DNA of 63,876 bases, filler included, from Hausera hauseri (GCA_046269625.1; 9 parts of 9 records of this genome joined end to end with filler, not necessarily neighbours in it), one strand, 5' to 3'; counted from the first letter of the whole stretch, positions 1-10,826 are shown. The notes: a model not told the origin generated them from the sequence alone. Made by a program: numbers and translations.

Positions 1-184
1 GGTTTCCTCCCACAGTCCAAAGACATGCTACCAGGTTAATTGGAGACACTGAATTGCCCTGTAATGAATGAATGGTTTCCTCCTAGATAGGGAGGGTTGC
101 GGCAGGAAGGGCATCCGGCGTAAAACTTGTGCCAAAACCAACTTGTGGCGACCCCTAATCGGGATTAGCCGCAAGAAGAAGAAG
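1..184 (+). mobile_element. 3' part of a SINE: V-domain end, Meta-like domain and RTE-type (GAA)n tail
   Basis: GGTTTCCTCCCACAGTCCAAAGACATGC (V-SINE core) at 1-28; GGGTTGCGGCAGGAAGGGCATCCGGCGTAAAAC at about 95-127; GTGGCGACCCCTAA...GCCGCAAGAAGAAGAAG tail. Confidence 0.7.
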
Positions 185-1225
185 ACTCCTGTTCTAGAGT
201 CTCTACACTGGATACCAGTTAAATTCCACATTAGCTACAAAATATTTTTGCTAACTTATAAAGCACTAAATGGTCTTGCTCCTCAGTATCTAAGTTCACA
301 AGATGCAGGTCTACTTATAGAACCTAGAATAGAAAAGATCAAAGCTCCTCCACTTTGGAAAAATCTTCCTGCCTCTCTTCGAGATTTGGATACAATCTTA
401 ACGTACAAATCTAGATTAAAAACATATTTATTCACTCAGGCTTTTGATTATGACTTCAAACTAGGAGTGTGTGGATCCAGTCCTGGGCTTCTGGGATCTT
501 GGTGATCTGGTGCTCTCATGTTTTTCAGATTTCCTGGCACCACATGTTTTTTTTGGCTGCCTTCGATTTTTTGCCTCAGGGTTGGGCTGCCCACCCAAAT
601 ATAGACAAAAGTGCAGAGCTTTGGAGGTTCTTGGTCATAGATCCTTATGGTGATCAAGGATGTTGGGTTGCTGTCGTTCTGCTTCGCCGGCTGATTATTT
701 CATGTTGTTATAGCTAGGGGTGTCGATATCTACTCTCCAAAAATGTTCACTTTTATTCATTTTTCTTTGGTTTAACTCCCAGGTGATGTTTCTGATGGTG
801 ACCTGTTCACCGCTCAAGTCTGCACGATTCGACTGACATGCCATCAATGCTGCTCCTGTTCGACGAGATGGGAACCAGGCATGCTTGCTGCAAGACATTT
901 CAAGATCTATACTGTTTCAGAAACTGGACTAAATAATTGGAACACTAAAGTTTCTCCTATTTATTCATTTAATAGATTTCATGCTTGCTTGCATGAACTG
1001 TATAAATCATGTTTATTTAAAATACTCTCCAGTCCACCCAAAGAAGGATGGGCCCCTGCTGAGTCCGGTTCCTCCGGTTCCTGTATTTTCAGGGAGTTTT
1101 TCCTTGCCACAGTCGCCCCTGGCTTGCTCAACAGGGGGTATTTGGTCTGGTGGTCTTAAACTCTGTAAAGCTGCTTTGTGACAATGTCTATTGTAAAAAG
1201 CGCTATACAAATAAATTGACTTGAC
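185..1225 (+). mobile_element. 5'-truncated, decayed L2 LINE (ORF2 C-terminus and 3' UTR)
   Basis: Translation TPVLESLHWIPVKFHISYKIFLLTYKALNGLAPQYL...LWKNLP...KSRLKTYLF is the typical L2 ORF2 end; tail AAAAGCGCTATACAAATAAA(TTGAC)2. Confidence 0.85.
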
Positions 1226-1760
1226 ATGTAGAAGCATGAACACCTTGCTTTTTCCCTTTCATGCCTTTCGTGTTGTCACCATTTTTATAGAGCTGTCTCC
1301 AACAATTTTAAAATGGAATGCCAAGCTCCTTCAACTTGTCTAGGACAAAAGTGGACTAATTAAGTCCACATGAAAAAATTCCAGAACATATTCTATAATG
1401 TCTGGTTGTAGCTGAAACAGACAATTTGCACAACAAATATCTTTTCCTTGTGATTCACATTCGGAGTACAATCAAAAATTTTGGAATATATTTTGCTAAC
1501 TGGATATTTCTCACAATGATTCTGAAAAGATAATCTGAATTAGCTTATTGTTTGTCTCATGACTGAAGTTGTAGTGTGTGTGAACATTCATCATTTATTT
1601 TGGCCTAGATAGCCAAGATTCCCCATTACAGGGTCATACATGTTGCCATAAGCACTACTTCCTTCAGGAAGTTGCCATTGTCTGGCTCATTAAGGTGGAC
1701 AGAAGAGCCCTTAAAAGACACATTTCTTGAAGCCAGAGAGAGTGTAGGTGAGAGTAAGCA
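1223..1760 (-). mobile_element. hAT transposase remnant, copy 1
   Basis: Highly similar to 11876-12380, which is continuous with recognisable hAT coding sequence. Confidence 0.7.
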
Positions 1761-1929
1761 TTTGAGAACATCTTTCCACCTTTTCTTTTATGCCTTTTTA
1801 AATAACAACTCCTTTTGATCTGTTGCCTTTAATTCTTTAGCTGTGTGTCCAGTTCTCTCTACTTACGCACACACTGTGAATGGTCTTGGTTACACTCATG
1901 ACCACTCAATCTGCTTTAATTGTTAGACC

Positions 1930-2178
1930 CATCAGCGTGGCCCTCTGCAGCCAGCTTTATATACTCCATACTTGAAAGCTTAAATGCAAAGCAGAACACA
2001 GCATTGTTCAATGAAGAGTACACCACCCAGAAAAAGCATTTAGCTGCCTACAGAGCTAAAAATGGTGCAGCTACAAGGCAAGCATCAAGGCTTTTCTCTG
2101 TACTTGCACTGAAGTGGTGGAACTTCTGAAATTCACTCTGTATAAGAGCTTCTGCTAAATGCTGAAAATGTAAATGTG
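1930..2178 (+). mobile_element. Decayed L2 3' end
   Basis: RLFSVLALKWWN-like coding remnant and tail TAAGAGCTTCTGCTAAATGCTGAAAATGTAAATGT. Confidence 0.6.
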
Positions 2179-3649
2179 TCTGCACTACACCACTTCAATT
2201 TAATAATTTGTTTCCTTGATTCAGAAAAGATTCATTTCAATCGATTCAGCAAAGCAAATCGATTGATTATAAAACATTTAAACAATTTATAATTCTTTAA
2301 CACATTAACACTGCTTCATTTATAGTTGCTTAAATGTTTACATGAATACACAGAGTTCCTTTAGCTTTGTTTAGTTTGTTTCACAGTTTTATCTCTAATA
2401 GAACATTAAATACATTATCATGTGTTGTGTGTTAAATGTATCACTCAGGTCATAAACAATTCAAACAAAACAGAATATTGCTCTTTAAATCAATTTGAAT
2501 TGATGAAACCTAAAAAAGATTTTAGGAGGTGGAATATTTCTGATTACAATATATTTATTTATATCTATTTAATTGCCTATGACATTTGAAGCGGTTGTGT
2601 GTATAATGCGTTTGGCATCTAGTGGTTCAAAACCACATTATGGTAGCAGAAATCATGTTTCTACCAAGTCACGAATAAAACACCAATCAACCATAGACGA
2701 CGGGACTTGTACATATTTTTTTGATGGCTTAAAGTAAACATTCAAAATCAACATTTTCGCTGATGATTGCTGTCCAAAATTGAACTTTCAGCTTCATTAA
2801 GTTAAATGTGTGCAATCATTTTCAATGATCACCTAGATTTAAATCCAGATCAAATAAAACTAAAGACACATATATGCTCCTAAAAATCCACATTTATGCT
2901 GATGTTGCTGCCAGATGTAGATTTGTAATGCAGTTTTAAAAGAAAAATTCTTTTTGTGGGGACAATCACCTTGTTATAGATGATGTGGTCTGTGGCTGGT
3001 TGAGTTGTTATTGCTCATATAGTTTTTGACTCCGAAACAAATGAATATTTACTGCAGCATGTTTTATTTATTTTCATGTTTAGTGTAATATTACCTGTTT
3101 TTGGAATGTCTATAATCTCTTCTCCACTTGCCACTATTGATTTGAAATTATATTAACAGTCGTTAGCTGTTAGTATGTTGTACAGACAGCTCTCCTTTTA
3201 GCTCTCATATGATCTATTCTACAGCTAAAACTATCTTTCAGTTTTTATGAAAAATGACTTCAGCATTTAGGATTTAGGATTATTTTACTTTTAGGGCATC
3301 TGGTCCTCCCAGTGAGGGTAATGGAGCCACATCATTTTCACCCTTAAGCCAAAAATGCATTTATCACCATAATAATTTGACAGTGTAATTATTAAGTAGA
3401 TAAAAAAAAGTTCTACATGTACGTGTGGGTGTAAATAAGACTGAACTGTGGTTCTTGTATAAGATAAATCATTTGACCCAAGATGGGATTCAATAATTAT
3501 GTAGGAGTTATACAAGTTGTCACTAATTTGCTGGGTTTGTGCCCAGTGTTTTCTAGTCACACCAGAATCACTTTGACTACAGGGATGCATACACAGCGTG
3601 TGTGAGATTAGAGAAAGAACGACAAGAAGCAGAATACCTGCAATAAAAC

Positions 3650-3655
3650 TTTATT
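3650..3655 (-). terminator. Candidate AATAAA poly(A) signal of the minus-strand orphan gene
   Basis: TTTATT on the + strand about 230 bp past the stop codon at 3883. Confidence 0.45.
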
Positions 3656-3882
3656 AAAATTTTAGACATTACATTAATTTAAATCTACTAAATGAACTAC
3701 TTGCCATATATTATCTACTAATATTCTAAATGAAAAAAATACTATTATTAACTATTTACAATGGAGCAGATGTTCAGCTTCCAGATGTTCTCCTGATCTT
3801 ACAGAACTTTGACCACCTCAGTAGGATCTCTACAATGCTCTTCTTGATCTCACTTCAGTGATGTTATCCTTTCAGGAACTTT

Positions 3883-5313
3883 TCACCTCGACCACATTCC
3901 CTCAGATCTTGCCAGCATGGCTTCAATCTCGTCTAGCAATAAATCCACACTGTTTCTCTGGAGGGATGCGGTGCAGATCCCAGTCTCAGCAGCCAGGTGC
4001 CCTTGGTTTGAGGAGCGTTCTTCTTTCTGGTCCAGCATGTCTTCCAGCTCGTCCAGTAACACATCTACACTGTTGATGTCGTAGGTTGCGTCACTGCCCA
4101 AGTGTGCAGAGACCACTTCATCCACCAGTGACATGCCTTCAAGTGATTCACCAGGACGATAGATGTCAAATGTCGCATTAGTGATCTGATCAGCATCCAG
4201 CATCGTCTGCACAGATGAAAGACTTCCTTCATCATCAGACCAAAACAGTGCAATGTCATCCTCACCCTGAGAGAAACCACTACTGCTCTGCTGAAGGTGA
4301 TCCTGAGAGCACCACACTGGTTCCACCACATCAGTCTGGTCCTGATTGATCGTCTCACAGGATGCACTGGAGATCCTGTCTGTCTGGGTTGAATCCAGAT
4401 CTTCCTCTGGAAAAGAGAGACAGCACATGAATAAATGATGTGCTCGTGACAATTTGGGCAGATTCTTATTGGTGTTAGTGTAAAAACCAGCCGAGCTATC
4501 TTTCTCAGGTTTCAGTGATATCTCCTTCACACGGCTCCTCCTAAAACCTGTATGAGAAAAGACACATTCTTATTTTGCAAATGAAATAGTTCACAACAGC
4601 AAACTGATTCAATGAGTGCTTTTTTAAATTGGAATCGATTCAGAGCGCTGTGTGTTTATATATGGTTAAGATTCATCCATGCTGCTTCATTACGGAGTTT
4701 TGTGTAAAGACTCCCTGAATTTAAAAATTAAATCATGATTTAAGCCTTGATAAGCAGCTGCATGAACCAATCAGAGCCAAAAATCAGATTTGGGGCGGAA
4801 TTTTAAAGGTTTCTCTAATAATCCAACGCAATATATGATCATTTGGAGGAAACATGTTTTATTTACGAGAGCAGGTAATTTATTAATTATTATTTTTTAT
4901 TTAAAACATTCTAGTTTACGTTTTTACTGTGAAACTGAATAAACTTGTTAAAGTTGGAAGGAAAATGTGTTTTAATTGTACAAATTTGTCAGAAAAGGAA
5001 ATAATTTTATTTGTGATTTATGATACATCTAAAATAATGTATATTCTGGCTTATTTAATGATCATTTGCCACCTATTTAACAGGACCGGACTTTTGTTTA
5101 CATTTGACGGAGGCAAGCTAGCGGTTAGCACTTAGCTAACGGGGCTCAAAGTTAGACAGCGAGGCTACGCAGAGCGTTACACCGCTCACCGAAACTGAAA
5201 CCCGGGCTGCGGGCAGCAGTCCGTTTCCCTCTGCCTCCTGCGTCTGAGGTCCAGCACTGTTGTCTGTCCAGCACCCTGGTGTGTGTCCGGTGCTTGGTGA
5301 TGTGTTGGCCCAT
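3883..5313 (-). CDS. Spliced gene of unknown function (coding exons 5313-5190 and 4547-3883; possible in-frame 81-nt intron 4487-4407)
   Basis: ATG at 5313 (MGQHITK...); donor G|GTGAGC after 5190; acceptor CATACAG|G at 4547 with matching phase 1 into the 215-aa ORF; second acceptor TCTCTCTTTTCCAG at 4407. Confidence 0.6.
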
Positions 5314-5411
5314 TCTTCAGCTGTTCTTCAAAGTTGAACTTCGTATATCAGCGGTTTTCCTGGAGCTCTTGCGCTTGTGTCCTCTCACCACGACGTCCTC
5401 TTCAGCACTGA

Positions 5412-5423
5412 TGGCTTTACAAT
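5412..5423. repeat. Target-site duplication of the RTE element (element 3' side)
   Basis: TGGCTTTACAAT, identical to 8714-8725. Confidence 0.9.
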
Positions 5424-5452
5424 TGCTTACTTGCTTAACGGCCGTTCCACCC

Positions 5453-8400
5453 TTAGAGGGTATTGGCCAAATCCAAGCTGATTGTTCTCCATTGGCCCCG
5501 ATCATTGGCTAAGGTTTCAAGGTGTTCCAGCCAGGTGGAGTCATAATTTTTTCGGCTCAGGCATAGCGGTTTCATAACAATAGATTCAGCGGCTTTATGG
5601 AAGTATCTCTTGAGGGTTTGTTTGACTCCTCCTTTTGGTCTCTTCCAGTGTGACGGTGTGTCAGCAAGAAGGCTCTGTTTCGGTAATCGATTGTTTTGCA
5701 TTCGCAGTACATGCCCTAACCATCTCCATTGCTTTTGAGTTATGATGCTTGCTATGGAATGGGTTATGCCGCACCTGATTCGTACCATTTCGTTTGATAT
5801 GAAATCAGACCATTTGACTTTAGCAATGCGCCTAAGGCATCTGTGGTCGAAGGCATTCATTCTGTTTAGATCTTGTTTTGTCATGGGCCATGTTTCGGCT
5901 GCATAAGTCAAAGTGGCGCGAACGGTGGCACAGTAGATTCTGGCTTTGGTCTTTATTCGTATGTTTTTCTGTTTCCAAAGTGTATTTAAGGATGTGAAGA
6001 TGGCTGAACCTTTACCTATTCTTATGTTTATTTCAGATTTTAATTCGCCAATTGGTGAAATTTGGCTACCTAAATATGTAAATTTTGAGATTTCTTCCAA
6101 TTCATCGTTGTTGATTTTTAGCTTTTTGTCATTTTGGGTTGGGTCCATGTTTGTTTTGAAGTATTTAGTTTTTGAGCAGTTTAACTTTAGACCAATTTTT
6201 GACGATTCTTTGGCTACTCTATCGATCATTTGTTGCATGTCGTCCATTGTTTCAGCTAGAAGAGCAATATCATCCGCGAAAGTGAGGTCCGTTATTTTGT
6301 TTCCATTGGAGCCAATCTGGCAACCTTCGGGCATATTGTCGAGGGCATTCCTTAACACATAATCTATGGCTACGTTGAAGAGGCTTGGTGACAGGATGCT
6401 TCCTTGGCGGACACCAGTTTTGGTCGTAAAGGCATCACTATACTCTCCATATGCCCTTAGCTTGCAGGTTGTGTTTTGGTATAAGGCTATGATGATACGG
6501 CATATTTTATGTGGTATATTTTCGGCTTCAAGTAGGGTCCAGATAGAGGATCGGTCTATACTGTCAAAGGCTGCTGCGAAATCCAAAAAAGCAACTACTG
6601 TAGGCCTGCGAAACTCATGTCGCTGCTCTAGAGTTTGCCTGAGGGCAAAGATTTGGTCACTGCAGCTTCGGCCTGGACGAAATCCAGCTTGCCCTTCTCT
6701 TATTCGTTTGTCCCTGGCTACTGATATCCTGTTCAGGATTATACGTTCCATGATTTTATAGGCGATACAGAGCAAGGAGATGCCACGATAATTGGAGCAA
6801 AGTTTTGTGTCACCTTTTTTGTGTATGGGTATGATAATGGCAGTTTGCCAGTCTGATGGGATTGATTCTTCGTTCCATATTCTAGCAAATAATCGTTGTA
6901 AGTCAGTGGTTAACTGAGGATTGTCTATCTTGAATAGGTCGGGTGGGATACTATCGAGGCCAGCAGCTCGCCCTTTTTTGAGGCTTTTGATGGATTGTGA
7001 GATTTCAGGTATTGTAGGCGGACCATCATTTATGTGTTCATAATCGTTGTTGGGGTCAGTTGGTGTTAAAGTGATGCGTGATACTGGTGGTTCTTTGTTC
7101 AAGAGTTGTTCAAAATGGGTGGACCAGTGTTTAATCAGATCAGTCGTTTGGGTGATTTTTTGGCCATTTTCATTCAGTAGGGTGTTGCTGACTGGCTTGC
7201 TAAATTTGTTGGCAATTCTATTGACAAGTTGGTAGAGTTTCTTCGAATTCCCGCTATTTTGGGCTTGTTCGAGCTCAGTAGCTTGCTTTAACCAATAGTT
7301 GTCTTTATCTTGCCTTGCCGAAGTCTTGATTTCTTTTGCCAGACTGGATGCTAGCGCATGTTGGTTGTTGTTTCTTGCTGTCTTCCTGGCATTTGCTAGT
7401 GCTATCGTCTCATTACTGAGCCAGCTTGGGGATTGTTTTTTAGCGTAGCCGATTGTGGCCTCGGCCGCTTTAGTAATGCTATTTCTTATAGCTAACCAAT
7501 CATCATTTACATTTTTGAATGTTGCATTATGTTTGTTTGATTCATGGCAGTAGGCATTGGTAAACTGGGCTCTTTTTTCTGGGACATTGAGGAGATTATT
7601 GTCAAATTTTCTGCATACTGGCATAGATTTTTTGAATTTTGGGTTGATTTTTATTTTAGTTGAAACTAATGCATGATCAGTCACTATGTCAATGCCCCAA
7701 TAGGCTCTTGAGTCAACTAGTGTCCTTATCCATCTCTTTCGTATGAATATGTAATCGATTTGGTTACGGGATTTACCATCAGGGCTAACCCAGGTTTGTA
7801 GGTGGCGTCGTTTGTGTTGGAAGTGAGTGTTGGTGGCATAAAGTTGGTGCATAACGGCCAGTTGGGATAGTTTATCACCATTGTTGCATAAGCTTCCAAC
7901 ACTGTAGTGCCCTATATCTGGTTGAATTCCAGGTCTTTGCCCAAGTTGTGCATTGAAGTCACCTGCTAGTATAAGGTAGTCATTTGATGGTACGTGAGTC
8001 AGTTCATCTTCCAGGGCCTCGTAGAAAGCATCTTTAGCTTCTTCTGTAGACGCATTTGTAGGGGCATAGGCCGATATGATGGTGACGTTTGCTGGTGAAG
8101 CTAGTAGGCGTATTTTTGCTAGGCGTTCGTTTATAGGTTTCCATTCAATAATGGATTTATTCAGTTTTTTTGTAATCGCTATTCCAACACCATGTTGGCC
8201 ATTGTGTCCAGATCCATTTGGCCCTGCAATTGGGCCACTGAAGTGTAAGTGATAAAAATCGTTCTGATTTGGGATATTCAGTCGAGTGGAGCCACAATCT
8301 GGCAAGCGTGTTTCCGATAGACAACAGATATCTACATCATTATTGTACAAAGTGAGTGCTAGAAGGCCCTGCTGGCCTGATTGCAAAAGTGTGCGGACAT

Positions 8401-8515
8401 TTAGTGCGCAAATGTTCATTGAGCAATGGTTCAAAAGGTTTGACTTTATAGCATGTATACCGCTTCCCGGGGTAACCGTAGCATTTAAAACTGGGATCTT
8501 TGGTTGTACTTTCAT
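5453..8515 (-). CDS. RTE endonuclease-reverse transcriptase (1020 aa from the first ATG; frame open up to 8632)
   Basis: APE motifs LNVRT, LSETR, YAPT, GDFNA, NQIDY, TDH; RT motifs NYRGISLL, FLDFAAAFDS, GVRQGSILSP, FADD; no stops or frameshifts. Confidence 0.95.
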   Translation of the reverse strand: MKVQPKIPVLNATVTPGSGIHAIKSNLLNHCSMNICALNVRTLLQSGQQGLLALTLYNNDVDICCLSETRLPDCGSTRLNIPNQNDFYHLHFSGPIAGPNGSGHNGQHGVGIAITKKLNKSIIEWKPINERLAKIRLLASPANVTIISAYAPTNASTEEAKDAFYEALEDELTHVPSNDYLILAGDFNAQLGQRPGIQPDIGHYSVGSLCNNGDKLSQLAVMHQLYATNTHFQHKRRHLQTWVSPDGKSRNQIDYIFIRKRWIRTLVDSRAYWGIDIVTDHALVSTKIKINPKFKKSMPVCRKFDNNLLNVPEKRAQFTNAYCHESNKHNATFKNVNDDWLAIRNSITKAAEATIGYAKKQSPSWLSNETIALANARKTARNNNQHALASSLAKEIKTSARQDKDNYWLKQATELEQAQNSGNSKKLYQLVNRIANKFSKPVSNTLLNENGQKITQTTDLIKHWSTHFEQLLNKEPPVSRITLTPTDPNNDYEHINDGPPTIPEISQSIKSLKKGRAAGLDSIPPDLFKIDNPQLTTDLQRLFARIWNEESIPSDWQTAIIIPIHKKGDTKLCSNYRGISLLCIAYKIMERIILNRISVARDKRIREGQAGFRPGRSCSDQIFALRQTLEQRHEFRRPTVVAFLDFAAAFDSIDRSSIWTLLEAENIPHKICRIIIALYQNTTCKLRAYGEYSDAFTTKTGVRQGSILSPSLFNVAIDYVLRNALDNMPEGCQIGSNGNKITDLTFADDIALLAETMDDMQQMIDRVAKESSKIGLKLNCSKTKYFKTNMDPTQNDKKLKINNDELEEISKFTYLGSQISPIGELKSEINIRIGKGSAIFTSLNTLWKQKNIRIKTKARIYCATVRATLTYAAETWPMTKQDLNRMNAFDHRCLRRIAKVKWSDFISNEMVRIRCGITHSIASIITQKQWRWLGHVLRMQNNRLPKQSLLADTPSHWKRPKGGVKQTLKRYFHKAAESIVMKPLCLSRKNYDSTWLEHLETLANDRGQWRTISLDLANTL

Positions 8516-8598
8516 TTTGGATAAGGTAGCTTGATACCGCGAGGGTTCGCCACTCCCAGGGGGTGCAGTTTTATTATCCTGTGTCCACACCCACAGTC

Positions 8599-8711
8599 GA
8601 CAGAGCCTTTTTGCAACAACAGGGGGCCCCACGTGTAGGCCAAGGCTGTCATTTGGAGGTGAGAGGCTATACGATGTACGTTGAGTTGCGCATCACACTC
8701 CCTTGCCCCCC
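8599..8711 (-). ncRNA. Putative HDV-like self-cleaving ribozyme at the RTE 5' end
   Basis: P1 GGGGGGC/GCCCCCU with G1-U wobble; J1/2 hairpin; P2 AGCCUU/AAGGCU; P3/L3 GCC-UACACGU-GGG (one G-G mismatch); J4/2 G-C-AAA; G1 lies 2 nt inside the TSD boundary. Confidence 0.7.
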
Positions 8712-8713
8712 AT

Positions 8714-8725
8714 TGGCTTTACAAT
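8714..8725. repeat. Target-site duplication of the RTE element (element 5' side)
   Basis: TGGCTTTACAAT, identical to 5412-5423. Confidence 0.9.
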
Positions 8726-8737
8726 GAGTTGAGCCTG

Positions 8738-8745
8738 TTTATATA
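8738..8745 (-). promoter_or_regulatory. TATA box of the interrupted minus-strand gene
   Basis: TATATAAA; in the reconstructed empty site it lies about 32-34 nt upstream of an initiator-like CCATCAGT. Confidence 0.6.
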
Positions 8746-9160
8746 GGGTTTCAGTGATGACGTTGCAGGGTTCTTGCTGCAGCAGCTCACCAGAGAGTGC
8801 AGCGTTAATACAGTGTTAAATCAAGCAGTGATTTAAACAGGATTGAAAGGATTTAAAACCTGAATTTAAGGCATATATATATATATATATATTAATCAGC
8901 ATTTTCAATGAAAAGTAAAGATCTAGTTTATATCAACAATCGTCCCATGAGAAAAATTAAAAGTGGTGTGAGTGCACCAAACCCACTTTAAGTAAGATAA
9001 ATAAAAAAAAAAATTAAAGTCCTTATAGAAATGGAAAATTCACCAAAGGCAAATGTTCATTTTTATCATCACTTATCATGGGCAGGGTAATAGTAAGATC
9101 AATTTCTATTGTACAAGATGTCACCATCATCTGTGGTTGGACTTTTGTGTGTTTGAACAG

Positions 9161-9353
9161 GTGGGAGTCCACTTCAGAGCTCAACTCCAGTGAACATCCC
9201 AGGATCCTTCAGCAGCCCCTCCACCTTCGATCCCTCCATGTCTCCTCCAAATCAGAGCTTTCTCCCTTTCCTCGCTTTTTCATTTCAATCCACCCAGCTG
9301 CCACATTCCAGCCAACCGGAGACCAGTTTTTGGGACGTTCTCACAGTTCTTTG
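9161..9353 (+). pseudogene. unk: unkempt-like exon, frameshifted
   Basis: Acceptor GAACAG|; GSPLQSSTPVNIPGS...HSSQPETSF/LGRSHSSL resembles vertebrate UNK GSLLQSSAPVNIPGS...SQSENTFLG..SHGSLG; T-run is one base short. Confidence 0.65.
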
Positions 9354-9395
9354 GTTTGTATTAGGGTTTTGTATTAAGTGTTTGTTATATTTTTT

Positions 9396-9716
9396 GGAGG
9401 CGGCATGGTGGCTTAGTGGGTAGCACTGTCCTGGGTTCGATCCCCGGGTAGGGCGATCTGGGTCTTTTCTGTGTGGAGTTTGCATGTTCTCCCTGTGTCC
9501 GCGTGGGTTTCCTCTGGGTACTCCGGTTTCCTCCCACAGTCCAAAGACATGCTGCCAGGTTATTTGGAGACATTGAATTGTCCTGTAAGTACCTTTCATG
9601 GATTGGCGCACCGTCCAGGGTGTTACCATAAGCCTTGCGCCCGTTGAAATGCAGGGATAGGCTCCAGCACCCCAACCCAACCCTAATTAGGATAAGGGTT
9701 AAAAAGAATGGACGGA
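9396..9716 (+). mobile_element. tRNA-derived V-SINE
   Basis: A box TGGCTTAGTGG, B box GGTTCGATCCC, V domain TGTGTGGAGTTTGCATGTTCTCCC...TCCCACAGTCCAAAGACATGC, ATGGACGGA tail. Confidence 0.85.
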
Positions 9717-10194
9717 TATATTTTTTGTTTATGAGGGTTCTTAAAAAACTTTCTGCACTTTTTCACTTGCTTGAATTCAAAAACATGTAAAACAAAAATT
9801 CCTCTATTTTACATTGTCGTCTTCCATTGTGATGCATTTTTTTCAGCATTATACAATTTTAATACCATAATCAACAATGTTGTCAGTTGAGCAGGTAGCC
9901 ACTGATGCTAACAATGTCTATTTTTATATTTGAAACCACAAGCATTCGCCCCAATCTGGAGCATCAGCCAATCAGCAGAAAGGAGAAATGAATAACACTT
10001 TTGGATTTGCTACTTCAAAACCTTTCACCTCTGTGTACAGGGTATTTCAACATCCGAAGCTGCGTTTTTGTCTACCATTGCTTGGTGTTAAATAATATCA
10101 ACAATATAAATTTTTATTTGTAAATGTAGCTGAATTTATGTTGCTATTCATGTTTCAAAAAGTAGTTTATTATATTGTTCTCAATAATTTTGGC

Positions 10195-10490
10195 GATCCT
10201 TGGTTTAAACCCCAGGTTGGGTGATCCAGGTCTTTTCTGTGTGGAGAGTGCATGTTCTTCCAGATGTTCTTGTGTCCTCCTACGTTCCAAAAAATGCCAC
10301 CAGGATTATTGAAGACACTAAATTGTCCTACAAGTAACTAGACACTGGGATCCATTAACGAGTGCATTGTAGTGCCGATACCAAACTCTGGTAAATAGGA
10401 AGGGTAGTTTCAGAAAGAAAATACATCTGGTATAACTATGCCAAGTTGATAATGCGGACCATGATCTACTGTGGCGATCAACAGAAGTAA
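10195..10490 (+). mobile_element. Degenerate SINE of the same family as 1-184
   Basis: Decayed B box, V domain, Meta-like segment and CTGTGGCGATC tail. Confidence 0.6.
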
Positions 10491-10826
10491 GTATATGGTT
10501 TTTAATCTTTTCAAACGCATGAAAAATTATGTAGCACTATCTCTTAACAGCAAGAAGGTCCTTAGATCAATACCCAGATGAAGCGCTCTAGGTCTGTATA
10601 GAGTTTTATTATATTTATTAGTTTTGTTCTTCAGAAAAGAATCAGCTTATCTTGTTGATGCATCAGTAGCTGTGTTCAAATATCCTTTATTTAAAATTAT
10701 GTTTGAATGAGATTAACAGCAGTACCTGAGAGCATTTTCCTCTTGGCAGCTTTCCAGTAGTAACCAAAGTGTGTAAAACACAGTGTTTCTATTTATAAAC
10801 TAATAATGTTTATGTTCTTTTAATAG

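Larger units (their letters stand above)
5424..8713 (-). mobile_element. Full-length RTE-clade non-LTR retrotransposon (about 3.3 kb)
   Basis: Single APE+RT ORF, very short 3' UTR with TAAGCAAG-type repeat tail, perfect 12-bp TSD. Confidence 0.93.

Noticed and set aside
5946-8534. Plus-strand ORFs inside the RTE, and similar antisense ORFs inside L1, ERV and BEL
   Set aside because: Antisense shadows of long coding frames
9396-9460. tRNA gene
   Set aside because: The A and B boxes belong to a SINE head; no complete cloverleaf
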